From Mytilus californianus (taxonomy: Eukaryota), in NCBI RefSeq assembly GCF_021869535.1, contig NW_026262745.1, positions 19,592,001-19,656,000 on the forward strand: DNA of 64,000 nucleotides. Reading direction: 5' to 3'. Positions 55,666 through 64,000 of this stretch are shown here, one piece after another (within the stretch, counting starts at the first letter, position 1; each line of letters starts with the position of its first letter). The notes beneath the pieces were generated by a model, which saw only the letters and a program-made list of their open reading frames with translations, was not told the origin of the DNA and did not search any database. The position numbers were made by a program, and so were the translations under genes.

Positions 55666-55746
55666 CTATAAATATAATTTACGAATTAGACTTATTGGTC
55701 CTTATAACAGTGAGGTCATAATTATAGTTTGCAGAATGCCTCTCTG

Positions 55747-58700
55747 CATAACTGATTACAGAACTTAACCACATGTAACTGACTACAGAACTTCACCACA
55801 CATAACTGACTACAGAACTAACCACATGTAACTGACTACAGAACTAACCACATGTAACTGACTACAGAACTTCACCACACATAACTGACTACAGAACTTT
55901 ACCACATGTAACTGACTACAGAACTTTACCACACATAACTGACTACAGAACTTTACCACACATAACTGACTACAGAACTTTACCACACATAACTGACTAC
56001 AGAACTTTACCACACATAACTGACTACAGAACTAACCACATGTAACTGACTACAGAACTTAACCACATGTAAATGACTACAGAACTAACCACATGTAACT
56101 GACTACAGAACTTAACCACATGTAACTGACTACAGAACTTAACCACATGTAACTGACTACAGAACTTCACCACATGTAACTGACTACAGAACTTTACCAC
56201 ATGTAACTGACTACAGAACTTAACCACATGTAACTGACTACAGAACTTAACCACATGTAACTGACTACAGGACTTAACCACATGTAACTGACTACAGAAC
56301 TTTACCACACATAACTGACTACAGAACTTTACCACACATAACTGACTACAGAACTTTACCACACATAACTGACTACAGAACTTTACCACACATAACTGAC
56401 TACAGAACTAACCACATGTAACTGACTACAGAACTTAACCACATGAAACTGACTACAGAACTAACCACATGTAACTGACTACAGAACTTTACCACACATA
56501 ACTGACTACAGAACTTTACCACACATAACTGACTACAGAACTTTACCACACATAACTGACTACAGAACTTTACCACACATAACTGACTACAGAACTAACC
56601 ACATGTAACTGACTACAGAACTTAACCACATGAAACTGACTACAGAACTAACCACATGTAACTGACTACAAAACTTAACCACATGTAACTGACTACAGAA
56701 CTAACCACATGTAACTGACTACAGAACTTAACCACATGTAAATGACTACAGAACTAACCACATGTAACTGACTACAGAACTTAACCACATGTAACTGACT
56801 ACAGAACTTAACCACATGTAACTGACTACAGAACTTAACCACATGTAACTGTCTACAGAACTTAAATACATGTAACTGACTACAGAACTTCACCACACAT
56901 AACTGACTACAGAACTTAACCACACATAACAGTCTACAGAACTTAACCACACATAACTGACTACAGAACTAACCACACATTACTGACTACAGAACTTCAC
57001 CACACATAACTGACTACAGAACTTAACCACACATAACAGTCTACAGAACTTAACCACACATAACTGACTACAGAACTAACCACACATTACTGACTACAGA
57101 ACTTAACCACACATAACTGACTACAGAACTTAACCACATGTAACTGACTACAGAACTTCACCACACATAACTGACTACAGATCTAACCACACATAACTGA
57201 CAACAGAACTTAACCACACATAACTGACTACAGAAGAACCTAACCACATGTAACTGACTACAGAACTTCACCACATGTAACTGACTACAGAACTTCACCA
57301 CACATAACTGACTACAGAACTTAACCACATGTAACTGACTACAGAACTTAACCACACATAACTGACTACAGAACTTAACCACACATAACTGACTACAGAA
57401 CTAACCACACATAACTTACTTCAGAACTTAACCACATGTAACTGACTACAGAACTTCACCACATGTAAACGACTACAGAACTTCACCACACATAACTGAC
57501 TACAGAACTTAACCACATGTAACTGACTACAGATCTTAACCACACATAACTGACTACAGAACTTAACCACACATAACTGACTACAGAACTTCACCACACA
57601 TAACTGACTACAGAACTTAACCACATGTAACTGACTACAGAACTTAACCACACATAACTGACTACAGAACTAACCACACATAACTGACTACAGAACTTAA
57701 CCACATGTAACTGACTACAGGACTTAACCACATGTAACTGACTACAGAACTTTACCACATGTAACTGACTACAGAACTTTACCGCACGTAACTGACTACA
57801 GAACTAACCACATGTAACTGACTACAGAACTAACCACATGTAACTGACTACAGAACTTAACCACATGTAACTGACTACAGAACTTAACCACATGTAACTG
57901 ACTACAGAACTTTACCACATGTAACTGACTACAGAACTTAACCACATGTAACTGACTACAGAACTTAACCACATGTAACTGACTACAGAACTAACCACAT
58001 GTAAATGACTACAGAACTAACCACACATAACTGACTACAGAACTTAACCACACATAACTGACTACAGAACTAACCACATGTAACTGACTACAGAACTTTA
58101 CCACATGTAACTGACTACAGAACTAACAACATGTAACTGACTACAGAACTTTACCACATGTTACTGACTACAGAACTTAACCACATGTAACTGACTACAG
58201 AACTTTACCGCACATAACTGACTACAGAACTTAACCACATGTAACTGACTACAGAACTTCACCACACATAACTGACTACAGAACTTAACCACATGTAACT
58301 GACTACAGAACTTAACCACATGTAACTGACTACAGAACTTCACCACACATAACTGACTACAGAACTTAACCACATGTAACTGACTACAGAACTTAACCAC
58401 ATGTAACTGACTACAGAACTTCACCACACATAACTGACTACAGAACTTTACCACATGTAACTGACTACAGAACTTCACCACACATAACTGACTACAGAAC
58501 TTAACCACATGTAACTGACTACAGAACTTAACCACATGTAACTGACTACAGAACTTCACCACACATAACTGACTACAGAACTTTACCACATGTAACTGAC
58601 TACAGAACTTAACCACATGTAACTGACTACAGAACTTCACCACACATAACTGACTACAGAACTTCACCACACATAACTGACTACAGAACTTCACCACATG

Positions 58701-60135
58701 TAACTGACTACAGAACTAACCACATGTAACTGACTACAGAACTTCACCACACATAACTGACTACAGAACTTTACCACATGTAACTGACTACAAAACTTAA
58801 CCACATGTAACTGACTACAGAACTTAACCACATGTAACTGACTACAGAACTTCACCACATGTAACTGACTACAGAACTAACAACATGTAACTGACTACAG
58901 AACTTTACCACATGTTACTGACTACAGAACTTAACCACATGTAACTGACTACAGAACTTCACCACATGTAACTGACTACAGAACTTCACCACATGTAACT
59001 GACTACAGAACTTTACCACACATAACTGACTATAGAACTTTACCACATGTAACTGACTACAGAACTTTACCACACATAACTGAATACAGAACTTTACCAC
59101 ATGTAACTGACTACAGAACTTCACCACACATAACTGACTACAGAACTTCACACATAACTGACTACAGAACTAACCACATGTAACTGACTACAGAACTTAA
59201 CCACATGTAACTGACTACAGAACTTCACCACACATAACTGACTACAGAACTTAACCACATGTAACTGACTACAGAACTTAACCACATGTAACTGACTACA
59301 GAACTTCACCACACATAACTGACTACAGAACTTAACCACATGTAACTGACTACAGAACTTAACCACATGTAACTGACTACAGAACTTCACCACACATAAC
59401 TGACTACAGAACTTTACCACATGTAACTGACTACAGAACTTAACCACATGTAACTGACTACAGAACTTCACCACACATAACTGACTACAGAACTTCACCA
59501 CACATAACTGACTACAGAACTTCACCACATGTAACTGACTACAGAACTAACCACATGTAACTGACTACAGAACTTCACCACACATAACTGACTACAGAAC
59601 TTTACCACATGTAACTGACTACAAAACTTAACCACATGTAACTGACTACAGAACTTAACCACATGTAACTGACTACAGAACTTCACCACATGTAACTGAC
59701 TACAGAACTAACAACATGTAACTGACTACAGAACTTTACCACATGTAACTGACTACAGAACTTTACCACATGTAACTGACTACAGAACTTAACCACATGT
59801 AACTGACTACAGAACTTAACCACATGTAACTGACTACAGAACTTAACCACACATAACTGACTACAGAACTTTACCACATGTAACTGACAGCAGAACCTAA
59901 CCACATAAAACTGACTACAGAACTTCACCACACATAACTGACTACAGAACTTCACCACACATAACTGACTACGGAACTTCACCACACATAACTGACTACA
60001 TAACTTAACCACACATAAATGATAGCAGAACTCTACCACATGTAACTGACTACAGAACATAACCACATGTAACTGAAGTAGAACCTAACCATATGTAACT
60101 GACTTCACCACACATAACTGACAGCAGAACCTAAT
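55747..60135. repeat. 27-bp tandem array, ~160 units
   Basis: Unit ACCACATGTAACTGACTACAGAACTTA with variants CACATA/CATGTA and CTTAAC/CTTTAC/CTTCAC/CTAAC (26 bp). Source of the VVKFCSQL(C/H) ORFs. Confidence 0.98.
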
Positions 60136-62337
60136 CATGCCAAGAAATCCTCGCTAAAAATTCCGGTCTACCTCCTACGGCACTCATTAGTAGCTAAAGA
60201 TTTGATTCAACAAATTAATTTATGACCTTCATGTACGTGTCGCTTAGAACAGGGCCATATACCAAATGGTCAATATTAATCATCCATGTAATTTGCTCTA
60301 TGGGGTGTTTGCAGAATTTCAACAGAGGCAATTTCTTGGCATGGGTGAAAGGAAGAAAGACCATTCACAATTTGTCTTACATTTGTTTTTCTCTTTTTAA
60401 TTAAATAAAAAAAAATAATAAACCTTTCAAATGTAGAGTTCATAAGATAAAAATATTCCCTGTGGAACACCTCCACCCCCCCCCCCCCCCCCTTTTTTGT
60501 GCTCTCTATTTTCAAGCCTCGAATTAAGCTTTCCAATCTAATTAAAATTAAAACCTTGCTTTCTAACCAATCTATTCATGTACCGGACCGGCATCTTTCT
60601 TTATTTAATATGAAAATTTGCAGTGCCGTTATACACATGCATGTTGTTTGCTTGGAGTCTCCGCCCGAAAAGAAAAAAAAAGCCTAACTCCAAGATACTA
60701 TATTCCTGCATCACGTGATTTTTACCATTTGGAGCTTACATTTGAACAAATACCGAATATGGAAAGTGAAACTACAATTCAAAACATAAAGTCTGAAGGC
60801 ACAAATAAGAAAAAGAATGGGTTTTTTTTTTGCAAAGGGTGCCGGGGTAATTCTCTCTGTGTTCAAAATATACATGAAATATTTGCCACTGATTCTTTTC
60901 TGTTCTATGAAATCTAACCCTGAGTTTTCTATCTGTTACATGCCAAGAAATCCTCCCTAAAAATTCTGGTCGACCTCCTACGGCACTCATTAGTAGCTAA
61001 AGATTTGATTTCATTCAACAAATTAATTTATGACCTTCATGTACGTGTCGCTTAGAACACGGCCATATACCAAATGTTCAATATTAATCATCCATGTAAT
61101 TTGCTCTATGGGGTGTTTGCAGAATTTCAATGGAAGCAATTTCTTGGCATGGGAGAAAGGAAGAAATACCATTCACAATTTGTCTTACATTTGTTTTTCT
61201 CTTTTTTAATTAAAAAAAAAAAAAAATAATAAACCTTTCAAATGTAGAGTTCATAAGATAAAAATATTCAAATATTCCCTGTGGAACACCTCACCCCCCC
61301 CTTTTTTTGTGCTCTCTATTTTCAAGCCTCGAATTAAGCTTTCCAATCTAATTAAAATTAAAACCTTGCTTTCTAACCAATCTATTAATGTGCCGGACCG
61401 GCAACGTTCTTTATTTAATACGAAAATCTGCAGTGCCGTTTTACACATGCATGTTGTTTGCTTGGAGTCTCCGCCTGAAAAGAAAAATATAGCCAAACTC
61501 CAAGATACTATATTCCTGCATCACTTGATTTTTACAACGTGGAGTTTACATTTGAATAAATACCGAATATGGAAAGTGAAACTACAATTCAAAACATAAA
61601 GTCCGAAGGCACAAATAAGAAAAAGAATGGGTTTTTTTTTTTGAAAAGGGTGCCGGGTAATTCTCTCTGTGTTCAAAATATACATGAAATATTTGCCACT
61701 GATCCTTTTCTGTTCTATGAATTCTAACCCTGAGTTTTCTATCTGTTACATGCCAAGAAATCCTCACTAAAAATTCCGGTCAATCTTCTACGGCACTCAT
61801 TAGTAGCTAAAGATTTGATTTCATACAACAAATTAATTTATGACCTTCATGTACGTGTCGCTTAGAACACGGCCATGTACCAAATGTTCAATATTAATCA
61901 TCCATGTAATTTGCTCTATGGGGTGTTTGCAGAATTTGAACGGAGGCAATTTCTTGGCATGGGAGAAAGGAAGAAAGACCATTCACAATTTGTCTTACAT
62001 TTGTTTTTCTCTTTCAAATGTAGAGTTCATAAGATAAAAATATTCCCTGTGGAACACCTCCCCCCCCCCCCCCCCCCCCCCCCCCTTTTTTTGTGCTCTC
62101 TATTTTCAAGCCTCGAAATTAAGCTTTCCAATCTAATTAAAATTAAAACCTTGCTTTCTAATCAATCTATTCATGTACTGGACCGGCAACTTTCTTCATT
62201 TAAAACGAAAATCTGCAGTGCTGTTATACACATGCATGTTGTTTGCTTGGAGTCTCCGCCCGGAAAGAAAAAAATAGCCATGTAATTTGCTCTATGGGGT
62301 GTTTGCAGAATTTCAACGGAGGCAATTTCTTGGTATG
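60136..62337. mobile_element. Composite insertion: ~208-bp MITE plus ~600-bp flank, ~2.7 tandem copies, closed by a fourth right TIR
   Basis: Units start at 60136, 60939 and 61749 (periods 803, 810). Left TIR CATGCCAAGAAAT; right TIR ATTTCTTGG(C/T)ATG at ~60343, ~61151, ~61961 and 62337. The 27-bp array lies on both sides. Confidence 0.85.
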
Positions 62338-62858
62338 CCATATGTAACTGACTGCAGAACCTAACCACATGTAACTGACAGCAGAACCTAACCATATGTA
62401 ACTGACAGCAGAACCTAACCATATGTAACTGACAGCAGAACCTAACCACACAAAACTGACAGCAGAACCTAACCACACAAAACTGACAACAGAACTTTAC
62501 CATATGTAACTGACAGCAGAACCTAACCATATGTAACTGGCAGCAGAACCTAACCACACAAAACTGACAACAGAACCTAACCATATATAACTGACAGCAG
62601 AACCTAACCACATGTGTCTGACTTCAGAACTTCACCACACATAACTGACAGCAGAACCTAACCATATGTAACTGACAGCAGAACCTAACCACACAAAACT
62701 GACAACAGAACTTAACCTTATGTAAGTGACAACCAATCTTAACCACAAGTAACTGACTTACAGAACTTAACCACATGTAACTGACAGCAGAACCTAACCA
62801 CATGTAACTGACAGCTGAACCTAACCACATGTAATTGACAACAGAACTTTACCACATG
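62338..62858. repeat. Continuation of the 27-bp array, ~19 more diverged units
   Basis: The GACAGCAGAACCTAACC variant matches the last units before the insertion (59886, 60120). Confidence 0.95.
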
Positions 62859-62959
62859 CAACTCAAAATTTCAAAAGCATCTTCCTAGAATTAGCATTCA
62901 AACACTTATACTACATTATCTAGGAGTAGAACACACATCCTACACATTGACTAAAAAGG

Positions 62960-63472
62960 ACAATAACTCCTTAAGGGGTCAATTGACAATTTTGGTCGTG
63001 TTGACTAATTAGTAGAACTTACTTTGCTGAACATTATTGCTGCTTACAGTTTATCTCTATCTATAATAATATTCAAGATAACCAATAACTGCAAAATTTC
63101 CTTAAAATTACTAATTCAGGGGCAGCACCCAAACAACGGGTTGTCTGATTCAGGGCAGATAGATCAAAACCTGATGAACATTTTTACCCCATGTCAGATT
63201 TACTCTAAATGCTTCAGTTTCAGAGATATAAGCCAAAAACTGCATTTTACCCCTATGTTCTATTTTTAGCCATGGCGGCCATGTTGGTTGACAGGCAGGG
63301 TTGTTGGACACATTTTTAAAACTAGATACCCCATGATTATTGTGGCCGTTTGGCTAAATTTGGCCCAGTAGTTTTAGAGGAGAAGATTTTTGTAAAAGTT
63401 AACGGATGACGACGACAGACACCACGTGATGAGAAAAGCTCACTTGGCCTTTCAGGCCAGGTGAGCTAAAAA
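62960..63472 (+). mobile_element. 3' part of a Helentron-like element
   Basis: Similar to 37870-38210; short GACGAC tract; 14-bp terminal hairpin AGCTCACTTGGCCT-TTC-AGGCCAGGTGAGCT followed by an A run. Confidence 0.75.
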
Positions 63473-63749
63473 GAACTTTTTTTTTATATAAACCAGTTAT
63501 CATATATTTGGGGCTTTGCATGGGATGATAAGGGATTATCAAAACATCATAAGGTTATCTTAAGTTATAGTTTTGCTTGTTAAACCTAAAAAAAATTAAT
63601 TAAAATTGATATCAAAGAGAAATTATACTTCAATATGAAAAGTACTGAAATGTGATCCATAAGTATTCTGTTATTGAGGGAAGTTTTACACTCCTACCTA
63701 GGAGTCTACTCCCGTATCCAGATTGAGATGGAGTTATATAATGAAAGGA

Positions 63750-63965
63750 ATGATGGAATATAAAGCAATCATGATTTAAATGAAATGTGGGTTATATAGT
63801 AATTATGACTAAAATGAAATGTGGGATCATATATAGCAATTATGACTTAAAGGACACTTGGGGTATAAAAATTATAACTTAAAGGAAAAGTGGGGAATAT
63901 AGTAATTATGACTTAAAGGAAAAGTGGGGTATAAAGCAATTATGACTTAAAGGAAATGTGTGGGG
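63750..63965. repeat. Degenerate ~34-bp minisatellite, ~6 units
   Basis: AATTATGACTTAAAGGAAAAGTGGGGTATAAAGC-like units. Confidence 0.8.
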
Positions 63966-64000
63966 ACTACAACGCAATAGCCTAATAGATAAATAGTAAT

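Noticed and set aside
60222-62285. Repeated 60-136 aa ORFs as a tandem gene family
   Set aside because: They are translations of the ~805-bp non-coding unit; frames and stops differ between copies and cross homopolymer runs.
55810-62830. VVKFCSQL(C/H) and VRFCCQL ORFs as real proteins
   Set aside because: They are translations of the 27-bp satellite, repeatedly broken by 26-bp units, with no non-repetitive N- or C-terminus.

Overview
AT-rich (roughly 70% by eye) eukaryotic genomic DNA, mostly intronic/intergenic. The interspersed repeat families resemble those I recall from Mytilus-type bivalves; this is an inference, not a database result. There is no operon, CRISPR array, rRNA or tRNA, and almost every ORF in the supplied track is spurious or repeat-derived. 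Best-supported content: (i) a 3.87-kb non-autonomous P-element-like insertion (30-bp perfect TIRs, 7-bp TSD) that splits an older TA-flanked MITE and contains a 2.3-kb segment bounded by 21-bp inverted repeats; (ii) a 48-bp tandem array (~47 units) and a 27-bp array (~180 units), the latter interrupted by a 2.2-kb tandemly amplified MITE-plus-flank composite; (iii) many MITEs and Helentron-like elements with internal tandem repeats; (iv) a decayed piggyBac transposase, retroposon 3' ends and a degenerate hammerhead-like motif. Several phase-consistent chains of small minus-strand exons suggest real host genes (best at 46.8-55.7 kb and 0-2.2 kb). These were picked by eye, competing chains exist on the other strand, and I recognise no product.
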